Below the pieces are notes generated by a model, which saw only the letters and a list, made by a program, of their open reading frames with translations, was not told where the DNA came from and searched no databases. The translations under genes were made by a program, and so were the position numbers. A stretch of DNA of 62,006 nucleotides, counting the filler, from Coriobacteriales bacterium (GTDB taxonomy: Bacteria > Actinomycetota > Coriobacteriia > Coriobacteriales > UBA8131): assembly GCA_031263105.1 (NCBI GenBank). It is 5 parts of 5 records of this genome, joined end to end, with 100 filler letters (N's around TTAATTAATTAA, not from the genome) between each part and the next. Parts side by side here need not be neighbours in the genome. Positions count along the whole stretch, not along the records: positions 23,690 to 32,677 come from JAISGJ010000149.1; positions 32,778 to 42,682 come from JAISGJ010000052.1; 3 more parts are not named here. The stretch is one strand, 5' to 3'. This document shows, piece after piece, positions 28,209 to 38,180 of this stretch (the stretch's first letter is position 1; every line of letters starts with the position of its first letter).

Positions 28209-30460
28209 GCGCATCGAGAACCAGCGCGGCGGCGCCTGCGGCACCCGTAGGGGGCGGCGTCCCCGATGCCCCGTCGACCGGGACAGCGGCACCCGTAGGG
28301 GGCGGCGTCCCCGACGCCCCGTCCCTCAGCGCAGCGACGGCCGCAGCCCCCCTCGTCTCCGTCATCGTCCCCACATACAACAACGAGCGCTTCCTTGCGC
28401 AGTGCCTGGACAGCGCAAAGGCCCAGACCCTGCGCGACATCGAGGTGATCTGCGTCAACGACGGGTCGACCGACGGCTCCCTTGCGATCATGCAGGACTT
28501 TGCGGCGCGCGACGGGCGCTTCCGCATCATCGACAAGGCGAACGGCGGCTATGGGCACTCCATGAACCAGGGGCTTGCGGCGGCCACAGGGACCTACGTC
28601 GCGATCCTTGAGTCCGACGACCTGATAGAGCCGGCCATGCTCGCGGAGCTTTCTTCCTGTGCGGAGAAGAACGGGCTCGATTTCGTCAAGGCCGACTTCA
28701 GGCCCTTCCATGGCACGGAGGCCTCGCTGCGGATGGGGTACACGCGCATCACGGACGACGCGTCGCTGTACGACCGCGTCATCGACCCTGGGCGCGAGCC
28801 TGCGGCCTTCGATGCCGACATGGTCACGTGGACGGGCATCTACCGACGCTCGTTCCTCGACGCCCATGCGATCCGCTATAACGAGAGCCCGGGCGCCGCG
28901 TATCAGGACAACGGCTTCTGGTTCCAGACCTTCGCGTTCGCAACGAAGGTCATGTTCGTCCCCCGCGCCTACTACCTCTACCGGCAGGACAACCCCAACT
29001 CGTCGATAAACAGCACGCAGAAGGTGTTCTGCATGTGCGAGGAGCATGCGTTCATGCACGCGTTCCTTGAGCGGCATCCCGAGCTCGATGCGCGCCTGTA
29101 CCGCATATGGTCGAAGAAGATGTACCACAACTATAGGTTCACCTACGACCGGATAGCGCCCGAGTACCGTGAGGCCTTCCTCCGGCGTTTCGCCGACGAC
29201 TTCCTCTGCGCCTTTCGGCAAGGCGAGCTCGACAAGGACGACTTCGAGGAGGAGGAGTGGCTGCGGCTGAACGACATCATGGACGACCCCGTGCTCTCCT
29301 ATCGGAAGTACGAGGACATCGTCACCGATCCCACGGACCGCCTCGTCGAGGCCCATTGCCTGCGCCAGAGGCAAAGGGAGACGGACGCCCTCAGGGCCGA
29401 GCTTCAGGCGTACCGGGAGTCGGGCATCCTCAGATGCGCGGGCGCGCTCAAACGGGTCAACGACTACCGGAGGGACTACGGCACCGTGCAGCTCCTCCGC
29501 CGCGTCCTGTTCAAGACCCCTGCCCTTGGAGCGCCGCGCTCCTCTCGGGCATCCGGCGCACGTGCCCCGTTCCGTACCGCAGCACGGCTCCTTGCGCCTC
29601 CTGCACCCGCCCTCGCCTATGCGGACGGCCATGCCGCCCTTGACAGCGAGGAGTCCCTTCTGTGCTGGTACCGACGTAAGACGGGGGGTTCGCTCGACCT
29701 GAGGGACCCACGAACCTTGGAGGAGAAGGCCCAGGCCCACAAGCTCGCCGCAGCCTCCAGGTTCCGCGAGCTATGGGGCAGCCTTGAGCGGGTCCAGGGC
29801 TACGCGAAGGAACACGTCGATGCCTGCTTCCTCGATACGCACCTCGCCTTCTTCGACTCCTTCGAGGGCCTTGAGAACCACCTCTTCGAGCGTCAGCCCA
29901 CGTCGTTTCGCCTGCGCCTCAACGCGAAGACACCGTGGGAGTTCCAGGTGTTCGAGTACGAGGGGCTCGACATGGAGCCCTTGCGTGCTCTCTGTCGCGA
30001 GCTTGTGCACAGCAACCTCGCCTTTGTCGCAGGGGAGAACGTCGTCTCGGGCGACGAGGCGCATAGGCTGGTCATGGATCCCTTGCCGGGGACCGCAGGG
30101 GAGGGCGTCCGCCTGAGCGTCTGTTGCGTTCAGGGCGAGGCCCGCCTCGTCGTCCGCACGCCCTTGCCCCATGCCGACGAGGCTGCGGAGACGGGATATT
30201 TCCACGTCGACGGGCGACCGTTCGCCTGTTCACAGATGTCTGACAAAAGCGCCGCCCTCTCCCTGCCGCGTGGTATGGTCGAGTCAGCCATGCGGGTCTC
30301 CCACGAGTTCCCCCTCGTGTTCGCCGTGTTCGAGGGGACCGAGGAGGCCGTGACCCTGCAAGACCTCAACCTCGGCCTCTCGGAGGGGCTGATAGGAGAT
30401 CTCGACAAGGAGGTCCTTGAGCATCTTGGCCGCGGACTCAAGGGTGCCTCCGATTGCTAG
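28205..30460 (+). CDS. GT2 glycosyltransferase with a C-terminal degenerate TupA-like ATP-grasp region
   Basis: VSVIVPTYN, VNDGSTD, ESDD; later LDLRDPRTLEEKAQAHKL; ATGA overlap with wzt. Confidence 0.85.
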   Translation: MSASRTSAAAPAAPVGGGVPDAPSTGTAAPVGGGVPDAPSLSAATAAAPLVSVIVPTYNNERFLAQCLDSAKAQTLRDIEVICVNDGSTDGSLAIMQDFAARDGRFRIIDKANGGYGHSMNQGLAAATGTYVAILESDDLIEPAMLAELSSCAEKNGLDFVKADFRPFHGTEASLRMGYTRITDDASLYDRVIDPGREPAAFDADMVTWTGIYRRSFLDAHAIRYNESPGAAYQDNGFWFQTFAFATKVMFVPRAYYLYRQDNPNSSINSTQKVFCMCEEHAFMHAFLERHPELDARLYRIWSKKMYHNYRFTYDRIAPEYREAFLRRFADDFLCAFRQGELDKDDFEEEEWLRLNDIMDDPVLSYRKYEDIVTDPTDRLVEAHCLRQRQRETDALRAELQAYRESGILRCAGALKRVNDYRRDYGTVQLLRRVLFKTPALGAPRSSRASGARAPFRTAARLLAPPAPALAYADGHAALDSEESLLCWYRRKTGGSLDLRDPRTLEEKAQAHKLAAASRFRELWGSLERVQGYAKEHVDACFLDTHLAFFDSFEGLENHLFERQPTSFRLRLNAKTPWEFQVFEYEGLDMEPLRALCRELVHSNLAFVAGENVVSGDEAHRLVMDPLPGTAGEGVRLSVCCVQGEARLVVRTPLPHADEAAETGYFHVDGRPFACSQMSDKSAALSLPRGMVESAMRVSHEFPLVFAVFEGTEEAVTLQDLNLGLSEGLIGDLDKEVLEHLGRGLKGASDC
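28238..28323 (+). repeat. Two 38-bp GTAG-type REP-like repeats inside the GT2 5' end
   Basis: GCGGCACCCGTAGGGGGCGGCGTCCCCGAYGCCCCGTC at 28238 and 28286 (48-bp period, in frame). Confidence 0.85.
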
Positions 30461-30472
30461 TTAGGAACCACC

Positions 30473-31564
30473 ATGTCCTCTGTTTCCATCGTCCTGCCGG
30501 TCTATAATGCGGAGCCCTTCCTGGACTCGTGCATGCAAAGGCTCGTCTCTCAGGACTTCGCCGATTTCGAGCTCATCGCGATAAACGACGGCTCGACCGA
30601 CGGCTCGCTCTCCCTGCTGCACACCTGGCGCGACAGGGACCCCCGGATCCAGGTGAGAGACCAAGAGAACCGAGGGTCGGGAATCACGCGGAACGTGGGG
30701 CTGGATGCGGCGACGGGCAGCCATGTCGTCTTCCTCGACCCCGACGACGTCTATCATCGCTCGTACCTCTCCCAACTGCATGCGGCCGCCTGCAAGGCAG
30801 ATGCCGACGTCACGGTCTGCGCATCGACCCTCAGCGACCATCAAAGCGGCGCGGTGACCAGGGAGGACTGGACCCTGCGCCAGGAGTTGGTGCCCAATGC
30901 CCCGGCATTCTCCGGGCGCGACATCGCCGACGACCTGTTCCGGCTCACCATCGGCTGGCCTTGGGACAAGATGTTCAAGCGTTCGTTCCTCGATGCGCAC
31001 GGCCTCAGATACCCCGATCTGAGGAACTCCGAGGACGGCGTCTTCGTGTATCCTGCGCTCTGCCTCGCCGAACGGATCGCGGTGGTCGGCACCCCGCTTG
31101 TCCAGCACGTCATGAACCGGGAGGGCTCGCTCTCCAACTCCAGGAAGGACTTCGCCCTCTGCTTCTTCGACGCCCTGCGCGCGGTGCGCGACAAGCTGAA
31201 GGCCTGCGGGGTGTACGAGGTCTTCGAAAAGGGCTTCCTCGGCTGGGTGCTCGACTTCAGCCTCTGGAACCTGGAGACCGCCCACCTGGACGACCAGCAG
31301 CGGATATACGACTTTCTGAAGACCGAGGGCTTTGCGGAGATGGGTGTCTTCTCAAAGCCGTGCGACTACTATGCCGTCGCATACGACTATCGCCGGGCCG
31401 AAGCCCTGATGACGTACCACTTCCCCGAGTGCCTCATCATCGCGCGGCTCGAAGAGCAGCTGCGGGTCCTTGAGCACTCCAAGGCCTACCGCCTTGCCCT
31501 CGCCCTCGCAAGGCCCCGCCGCGCCCTCGCGGACCGCCGCCGCCAAGCCACGCCGATGGACTGA
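30473..31564 (+). CDS. GT2 glycosyltransferase
   Basis: VSIVLPVYN, INDGSTD, FLDPDD, WDKMFKR, SED. Confidence 0.92.
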   Translation: MSSVSIVLPVYNAEPFLDSCMQRLVSQDFADFELIAINDGSTDGSLSLLHTWRDRDPRIQVRDQENRGSGITRNVGLDAATGSHVVFLDPDDVYHRSYLSQLHAAACKADADVTVCASTLSDHQSGAVTREDWTLRQELVPNAPAFSGRDIADDLFRLTIGWPWDKMFKRSFLDAHGLRYPDLRNSEDGVFVYPALCLAERIAVVGTPLVQHVMNREGSLSNSRKDFALCFFDALRAVRDKLKACGVYEVFEKGFLGWVLDFSLWNLETAHLDDQQRIYDFLKTEGFAEMGVFSKPCDYYAVAYDYRRAEALMTYHFPECLIIARLEEQLRVLEHSKAYRLALALARPRRALADRRRQATPMD

Positions 31565-31658
31565 GGCTCTCCCATTGATTCATCTGGGATGATTTTTTGT
31601 ATGGCAAATGTCATACATTTTGCTATACTATACCGAAACGCTGAAAGGAGAACGAAAG

Positions 31659-31952
31659 ATGGCGAAGACGGCGGTCATCAATGTTCGAATCGAGCCTGAG
31701 ATAAAGGCTCAGGCTGAGAACCTGTATAGGAGCATGGGTGTCTCGCTTTCGGATGCGGTCAACATGTTTCTCTATAAGTCCATTGACTTCCGTGGACTCC
31801 CGTTTGACTTGTGTCGTGAGATACCTAATGAGGAGACTCTCGCCGCGATGAGGGAGGCAGAGGATATCGCGAGCGGGAAGATTGAGTCGAAGTCCTATTC
31901 GTCTTTCACGGACATGCTCAACGACGCGCTTGCCGACGATGTTGAGGAATAG
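31659..31952 (+). CDS. RelB/DinJ family antitoxin
   Basis: INVRIEPEIKAQAE...GLPFDL...PNEETLAAM. Confidence 0.9.
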   Translation: MAKTAVINVRIEPEIKAQAENLYRSMGVSLSDAVNMFLYKSIDFRGLPFDLCREIPNEETLAAMREAEDIASGKIESKSYSSFTDMLNDALADDVEE

Positions 31953-31955
31953 CTC

Positions 31956-32234
31956 GTGCTGGAGTTGAAGCAGACCTCGCAATTCAAAAAGGATTTACAT
32001 AGAATGGCGAGGCGTGGCGCGAACATGGGACTTCTCGACGAGGTGATTCAATTGCTGAGGAGAAACGAGCCACTTCCTGCAAAATACGCGGATCATCCTT
32101 TGACCGGAAACTGGGCAGGGTATCGGGACTGCCACATTCAACCCGATTGGCTGCTGGTCTACAGAACTGACAGCAAGGCGCTTATTTTGACTGCCACGCG
32201 TACTGGCACACACAGCGAGTTGTTCAAAAGATAG
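31956..32234 (+). CDS. yafQ: YafQ family mRNA interferase toxin
   Basis: FKKDL, DHPLTGNW, RDCHIQPDWLLVY, RTGTHSELF. Confidence 0.92.
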   Translation: MLELKQTSQFKKDLHRMARRGANMGLLDEVIQLLRRNEPLPAKYADHPLTGNWAGYRDCHIQPDWLLVYRTDSKALILTATRTGTHSELFKR

Positions 32235-32237
32235 GGT

Positions 32238-32456
32238 CTACTTCTTGGCCTTGCGGCGGTTGTAGACCACTATGCCTACGAATATGCCGATTCCGGCAAT
32301 CGAGCAGGCGACACCCTCTCTGAGCCAGGGGGTGAGATATTTGAGTTCGATATCGTAGTCGCCGGCTTCCAGAATCAGGCCCGTATAGGCCGTATTGGTT
32401 CTGAGCGTCTCGACCTCCTCACCGTTCACGTAGGCTGTCCAGATATGCCACAGGAG
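32238..32456 (-). pseudogene. C-terminal remnant of a YfhO-family membrane protein
   Basis: WTAYVNGEEV...AGDYDIELKY.TP.LREG plus a final TM; abuts a repeat element. Confidence 0.7.
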
Positions 32457-32677
32457 GTTACACGTCACACCCCCACTGTCATCCCGAGCCCCACTGTCAC
32501 CCCGAGCCCCACTGTCACCCCGAGCCCCCACTGTCATTCCGAGCCCCACTGTCACCCCGAGCCCCACTGTCACCCCGAGCCCCACTGTCACCCCGAGCCC
32601 CACTGGCAGTCCGAGCCGGGCGAGGCCTCTGCGACCGCGGCGGCGGGCGACCCCCCGTCGACCGGGGCCCTGAGCTG
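32457..32677. repeat. GTTAC-family element with about 8 tandem 18-19-bp end units (cut by gap)
   Basis: GTTACACGTCACACCCC followed by (CCCCACTGTCAYYCCGAG)n. Confidence 0.9.
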
Positions 32678-32777
32678 NNNNNNNNNNNNNNNNNNNNNNN
32701 NNNNNNNNNNNNNNNNNNNNNTTAATTAATTAANNNNNNNNNNNNNNNNNNNNNNNNNNNNNNNNNNNNNNNNNNNN
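32678..32777. other. Artificial contig linker
   Basis: N-run, TTAATTAATTAA, N-run. Confidence 0.98.
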
Positions 32778-32899
32778 GGGCGCAGGCCAGACAAGGCCAT
32801 TTCCTCGCTTTCGTCTCGTGGAAGCGAGGAAATGGTCTACAGGCAAGGGTTTTCGAGGGGTTTATATAGTCTCACTCATTGGGAAAGTTCTATTTATTA

Positions 32900-33198
32900 G
32901 AAAAGCAGTGCAGGCGTTCGGTGTCGGCAACGTAAGGTCCGCACTACTGGTCGGCCTCGAAGCGGAGCATGAGACCATAGAGGGTGTAAAGATGCTGCTG
33001 GGCGAAGGCTGCCTGCCCATGCTGAGTCCCTTCATACCGGATGTCGGCACAGATTTGTCTCAGTACAAACAACCAGAACCAGAGCTACAGCTTTCAATCC
33101 TTTATCATGCAGCTGAACTGACCAAAGAAGCAGGCCATTCTCTTGCGCCATCGTGCAAGCCCTGTACTCACAACACGCTTTCTCTGGAGACATGCTGA
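32900..33198 (+). pseudogene. C-terminal fragment of a radical SAM protein
   Basis: FGVGNVRSALLVGLE...PMLSPFIP..GT.L...CKPC; no CxxxCxxC region upstream. Confidence 0.55.
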
Positions 33199-33256
33199 CT
33201 CGTGCAGTCGCTAAAGATGTAAATACGAAACACGAACCGAAAGCCTCCCTTTGGGC

Positions 33257-33301
33257 TTACTCATTTGTAAGTTACTCATTTATAAGTTATAATTCTATAA
33301 G
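33257..33301 (+). promoter_or_regulatory. Three 15-bp tandem quasi-palindromes upstream of the ATPase gene
   Basis: TTACTCATTTGTAAG TTACTCATTTATAAG TTATAATTCTATAAG. Confidence 0.55.
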
Positions 33302-33360
33302 CCGATGGGCAGATCGTCCATCGATGCTGTCGTTAGGAACAAGAGTCTGAAGGAGATGCC

Positions 33361-34497
33361 GTGCAAAGCGCACCGTTCGTTTTTGGCAGAATGGCCGAAG
33401 GTGAGAACTTTACCGATCGCGAGCAGGAACGCGCACGGCTCAGTCAAAACTTCCTCTCGCTGACGAACACGATGCTTGTCTCTCCGAGGCGTTGGGGGAA
33501 GTCGTCACTGGTCAAACGGACCTTGCAGGACATCACTGCCAAAGACAGGAGAACCAAGACATGCAGCATCGACCTGTTCAATGTTCGCAACGAGGCGGAG
33601 TTCTATGAACAGCTTGTGACCTCGGTGGTCAAAGCAACTTCTGGGAAATGGGAGGAATGGCTTGCCGCCGCCAAGGAGTTTTTGGCGCATCTTCGCCCGC
33701 AGCTGTCGTTCAGCGGCGACATGCACGAGGAGATAACCTTCGATGTGGAGTGGGAGAAGGCCGCCAAAAAGCCTGACGACCTTTTGGATTTGGCGGAAAG
33801 AATCGCGAAGGCAAAAGACTGTCGGCTGATAGTGTGCATCGACGAGTTCCAGAGTATAGGCGGCTTCAAGGATTCGTTGGCCTTCCAAAGGAAGCTGCGT
33901 GCGCATTGGCAGAACCACCAGCACGTCTGCTACTGTCTTTATGGCAGCAAGCGGCACATGCTGTTGGAGATATTCACGGATCCGTCCATGCCGTTTTACC
34001 GCTTCGGCGACATCATGCTGCTCGACAAGATCGCCAACGCCGATTGGGGGACGTTCATCGTTGAGCGCTTTGCGAAGACGGGCAAGCGCATTGCCGTGCG
34101 ACAGGCGGAGCGCCTGGCGGACTTCGTCGACAACCATCCGTACTACGTGCAACAGCTGGCCCAGCTTGCCTGGCTGAGGACCACCGACGAATGCGACGGT
34201 GAAACCATAGGCGCGGCTATGCAGGGGCTGACGGATCAGCTCGGCCTGCTGTTCTCCGGCAGCGTCGAGTCCCTGACGGAACGTCAGATGAGGTTCCTCA
34301 AGGCCGTCTTGGACGGAGTGGAGCTCCTTAGTTCTGCCGAAACGCTGGGCAGATACAAGTTGGGGACGTCCGCAAACGTGGTTCGCATCAAGGAGGCGCT
34401 TCGGGAAAAGGAGGTTATCGACATTTCCGATGGCAAAGTGGAGATACTGGATCCCGTATTCAAGCATTGGCTGACCTGCGAGTACTTTGTCAGATAA
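33361..34497 (+). CDS. ATPase_2/STAND-like ATP-binding protein
   Basis: FTDRE, SPRRWGKSSL, CIDEFQ, HPYYVQQL, DPVFKHWL. Confidence 0.88.
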   Translation: MQSAPFVFGRMAEGENFTDREQERARLSQNFLSLTNTMLVSPRRWGKSSLVKRTLQDITAKDRRTKTCSIDLFNVRNEAEFYEQLVTSVVKATSGKWEEWLAAAKEFLAHLRPQLSFSGDMHEEITFDVEWEKAAKKPDDLLDLAERIAKAKDCRLIVCIDEFQSIGGFKDSLAFQRKLRAHWQNHQHVCYCLYGSKRHMLLEIFTDPSMPFYRFGDIMLLDKIANADWGTFIVERFAKTGKRIAVRQAERLADFVDNHPYYVQQLAQLAWLRTTDECDGETIGAAMQGLTDQLGLLFSGSVESLTERQMRFLKAVLDGVELLSSAETLGRYKLGTSANVVRIKEALREKEVIDISDGKVEILDPVFKHWLTCEYFVR

Positions 34498-34503
34498 CGG
34501 GGC

Positions 34504-34677
34504 GTTATGAGTTCACACCCCCACTGTCATTCCGAGCTCCGCCGAGGAATCTTTGGACACGCAGTGTCCAACGGCAGGTCGGGGGGCCCTTCGACCTGCG
34601 GTCGACCGCGTGCGCGGTCGAAGATCCCTCGACAGGCTCGGGATGACAGTGGGGTGTGAACACATATTGTCAGTAAC
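34504..34677. repeat. GTTAC-family palindromic element
   Basis: TTCACACCCCCACTGTCATTCCGAGC...GCTCGGGATGACAGTGGGGTGTGAA...GTAAC. Confidence 0.9.
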
Positions 34678-34785
34678 GGCAGGTAGAGCCCAGGCAGTAT
34701 ATGTGATGGGTCTCATGCGGTGATGGTACAAGATGGTACAATAAGCTGTTAGGTAAACACAGGCACGTGAGTCAACGGGGGCTAC

Positions 34786-37785
34786 ATGAAGCTGCGAAGA
34801 CCCAAGGGGCACGGACATACGCAGGAACCAAGGAAGCATCTCAGGCTGGTGCTGGCCCTTCTTCTCGCTGCGCTGCTTGTGGTGCCGCAGACGGCGGGCT
34901 ATGCGGCGGACGAGGCTTCGCAGTCCCAGGGGCAGGCGCAAGCGCAGGCGCAGGAGGCCCTGTCTGCCGAGGCAACAGCTGACGCTGCCGCACAGGAGGA
35001 GGGCGGCTTTGCCACGCTCGCCGACGCCGCGCTCGCCGACGCGGCCGACGAGCTGCCTGACGACCCTGCCTCCTACGTCGAGGGCGAGGTCATCGTCGTG
35101 CTGGCGGGGGAGGCCCCCGAGGCCGCCGAGACGGCCGCCGTCGAGGAGTCCGTGGCGGAGCTCTCCGGGCAGGGCACCGAGGCGGTGGCCGTGGAGGTGA
35201 TCTCCGAGGGGCCCGCCCCCGATGCTGCCCCCGCCCCCGCTACCGGCACTGCCCCCGCCCCCGCCACCGGCACTGCCTCCGACGGCGCCTCCTCCGACGG
35301 CCCCACGGTGCTCGTCGAGCTTCCTGCGGACGTCCCGGTCGAGGACGCCCTCCTGCAGCTTGCCAACGACGAGAGCGTCGCCTTCGTGCAGCCGAACTAC
35401 GTCTACACCCTCGTCGACGGCCCCTCCGACGCAGGGGCCGCCCTTGTCCCCAATGCCACCGTCACTCCCGCCACCGGGGCCGACACCGGCGACCTCGCGC
35501 CGTTTACCACGACGATCAACGACCCCTATGCCCAGCCTACGGGCACTTGGAGCTATGGCTGGTGGCTGCAGAACGTCAAGGCCTTCGACGCCTGGGACCT
35601 CAAGAAGGTCGAAGGCACCGTCACCGTCGCCATCATCGACACCGGCGTCCATCTGGCCCATGACGACCTCAAGGACAACATCCTCACCAGTCTCGCGTGG
35701 GACGCGGTGAGCGGGCAACCGCTTGCATCCGTGGGAGGGACGGGGGACGTGGACGGTCACGGGACGCACGTCGCGGGCATCGCCGCAGCGCGGGCGAACA
35801 ACGGCAAGCTCGTCGCCGGCGTCTCGTACAACGCGAACATACTGCCCATCAAGGTGTTCTCCGCCGATGCGCAGGGGAACATAAAGGGCGAGACGGCCGA
35901 CGTCGTGAAGGCCTACGACTATATCATGGAGCGCAACAAGGACTCCGCCGCCAATGTCCGCATCGTCAATCTGAGCATCGGCGGCCCCGTGAAGAACACG
36001 GCGCTCCACAACAAGATCATCGCAGCGAGGAGTGCGGGCATACTCACCGTTGCCGCCGCAGGCAACAGCAGCACGGATGCCGCCCTGTACCCTGCCGACT
36101 ATCCCGAGGTCATCTCCGTGGTGGCTGTGGACAGGAACAACCAGCGGGCATCTTTCAGCAACTACGGCAGCAACAAGGACCTTGCCGCGCCAGGCACCGA
36201 GGTGACGGGCAGGTCGGGCATCTTGAGCACCTATAGCGATAGGGCGAATCCCGGCGACAACACCGCCTTCGACTCCCAGCAGGGCACTTCGATGGCCGCT
36301 CCCATCGTCTCGGGGACCGCAGCCCTCCTGTTTGCGGAGAACCCCGCCCTCACCCCCAAAGAGGTTCAGCAGATTCTCTGCAGCACCGCCACCGACCTGG
36401 GGACCTTCGGCAAGGACAGCTATTACGGCTACGGCCTTGTGAACGCAAAGGCGGCGCTCGACAGCCTGCAGCCGGACTACACGCCCTTCACCGTGACGCT
36501 CAATGCCAACGGGGGCAGCGTTTATCCTGCCGCCGTCTCGAAGGACAGGGATGCGCCCCTTGGCGCCCTTCCCGAGCCCACCCGCACGGGCTTCCACTTC
36601 GAGGGATGGTATACCGCGCCATCGAACGGCACGAAGGCGACGACCGCCACGAAGCTGACGGGGGACGCCAGCTATTATGCGCATTGGGAGATCGACACCT
36701 ATACCGTGCGCTTCGATGCCAATGGCGGCACAGTGTCGCTGGCGAGCTTCAAGCGGACCTATCAGGCCGCCCTCGGCAAGCTCCCTACCCCTCGGAAGAC
36801 AGGTTTTATCTTTGAGGGTTGGTATACGGGCAAGGTCAAGGGCACGAGGGTCGGGGCCACCACAAAAGCCACCAAGGACATCACCTACTATGCCCACTGG
36901 ATAACCGACTTCAACAGGGTCGTCGTCACCATAGCAAGCGCCAAGAACAACGGTCGCGTCCTCGACATAAAGGGCGCCTCGACCGCACGTGCCGCCCTTC
37001 TCCAGCTGAACCCGAAGAACACCACGCCTTCTCAGAGCTTCCGCCTGGAGAGGGTCAAGGGCACCACCACCTATGTCATCAGGAACATCAACTCCAACAA
37101 GGTCCTGGGCATCTCGGGGGGCAAGGCGACCAACAGGGCGGTGATCCGGCAATACAGCGCCAACAATTCCAGGGCCCAGCGCTGGAGGCTCGTCCCTGCC
37201 GCCAACAACAGCTACAGCATCGTGTCGGTGCTCAACGAGGACATGGCTCTGGGCCTCACGGCCGGTTCTGCCGCAAAAGGGACGACGATACGGCTTTTCA
37301 AGGCAACTGGCAGCGTCAACCAGCGCTTCGTTCTGAACAAGGTGGAGGCCCCCTTGGCGAACGGCATCTATACCATCACGTCGTCCGTCAAGCCGGGCAA
37401 GGCCCTGAGCCTTGCGGGGGGATCGACGAAGAACGGCACCGCGCTCCAGCTCGCTGCTCCGAACAAGGGCGCAGCCCAGAAGTTCAAGCTCACGTATGAC
37501 CGTGCCACAGGCTACTACACCATCGTCAACGTCAGGTCCGGGAAGGCCTTGGACGTGGCGGGTGCCGGCAAGAAGAACGGAACCAAGGTGCAGGTCTACA
37601 CCTCGAACAGGACCGTTGCCCAGAAGTGGACGATCGTGAAGACCAAGTCCGGCTACACCCTCTACTCTGCCTGCAGCGGCCTCGTGCTCGACATCGCAGG
37701 GAAGGCCTCGGCGAACGGTGCCAAGGCCCAGACCCGCACTGCCAAGGGGACGGCTGCACAGGTATGGATGATCCGCAAGGCGTAG
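34786..37785 (+). CDS. Secreted S8 subtilisin-like protease with InlB B-type repeats and ricin-type lectin domains
   Basis: Signal peptide; IIDTG / HGTHVAG / GTSMAAP triad; two ANGG...PTRTGF.FEGWY...YAHW repeats; QRW/QKW/QVW beta-trefoil motifs. Confidence 0.92.
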   Translation: MKLRRPKGHGHTQEPRKHLRLVLALLLAALLVVPQTAGYAADEASQSQGQAQAQAQEALSAEATADAAAQEEGGFATLADAALADAADELPDDPASYVEGEVIVVLAGEAPEAAETAAVEESVAELSGQGTEAVAVEVISEGPAPDAAPAPATGTAPAPATGTASDGASSDGPTVLVELPADVPVEDALLQLANDESVAFVQPNYVYTLVDGPSDAGAALVPNATVTPATGADTGDLAPFTTTINDPYAQPTGTWSYGWWLQNVKAFDAWDLKKVEGTVTVAIIDTGVHLAHDDLKDNILTSLAWDAVSGQPLASVGGTGDVDGHGTHVAGIAAARANNGKLVAGVSYNANILPIKVFSADAQGNIKGETADVVKAYDYIMERNKDSAANVRIVNLSIGGPVKNTALHNKIIAARSAGILTVAAAGNSSTDAALYPADYPEVISVVAVDRNNQRASFSNYGSNKDLAAPGTEVTGRSGILSTYSDRANPGDNTAFDSQQGTSMAAPIVSGTAALLFAENPALTPKEVQQILCSTATDLGTFGKDSYYGYGLVNAKAALDSLQPDYTPFTVTLNANGGSVYPAAVSKDRDAPLGALPEPTRTGFHFEGWYTAPSNGTKATTATKLTGDASYYAHWEIDTYTVRFDANGGTVSLASFKRTYQAALGKLPTPRKTGFIFEGWYTGKVKGTRVGATTKATKDITYYAHWITDFNRVVVTIASAKNNGRVLDIKGASTARAALLQLNPKNTTPSQSFRLERVKGTTTYVIRNINSNKVLGISGGKATNRAVIRQYSANNSRAQRWRLVPAANNSYSIVSVLNEDMALGLTAGSAAKGTTIRLFKATGSVNQRFVLNKVEAPLANGIYTITSSVKPGKALSLAGGSTKNGTALQLAAPNKGAAQKFKLTYDRATGYYTIVNVRSGKALDVAGAGKKNGTKVQVYTSNRTVAQKWTIVKTKSGYTLYSACSGLVLDIAGKASANGAKAQTRTAKGTAAQVWMIRKA

Positions 37786-38038
37786 GTTGCTGCGTACACC
37801 CTCACTGTCATTTCGAGCCCCGCCGAGGAATCTTTGGACACGCAGTGTCCAACGGCAGGCCAGGGGGCCCTTCGACCTGCGGTCGACCGCTGGCGCGGTC
37901 GAGGATTCCTCGACAGGCTCGGAATGACAGTGGGGCTCGGAATGACAGTGGGGCTCGGAATGACAGTGGGGCTCGGAATGACAGTGGGGCTCGGAATGAC
38001 AGTGGGGCTCGGAATGACAGTGGGGTGTGAACGGTAAC
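37786..38038. repeat. GTTAC-family element with six exact 18-bp end units
   Basis: (GCTCGGAATGACAGTGGG)x6 at 37917-38024, ending GTGTGAACGGTAAC. Confidence 0.92.
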
Positions 38039-38180
38039 GGCTCGGGTGCGATGCGGTGCTGCGGCGCATATGTCGCATCGCAAGGCGGGTGATTCTGTGG
38101 TATCCTCAAAACCTGTGATCGCTGCAGGTGGGGCGTGTCCAGGTTTCGTTATGCAGACGACAGTCCGCTAGGAGGTCAAT

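Noticed and set aside
37917..38024. CRISPR-like array of identical short repeats (also 32471-32620 and 23741-23850)
   Set aside because: Units are directly tandem with no unique spacers, they are end units of palindromic elements, and no cas genes are present
34513..38109. 1198-aa minus-strand ORF and many other long overlapping ORFs
   Set aside because: Antisense shadows of real GC-rich genes, or read-through of repeats (HCHSEP, PTVIPS, LGMTVG peptides); no motifs
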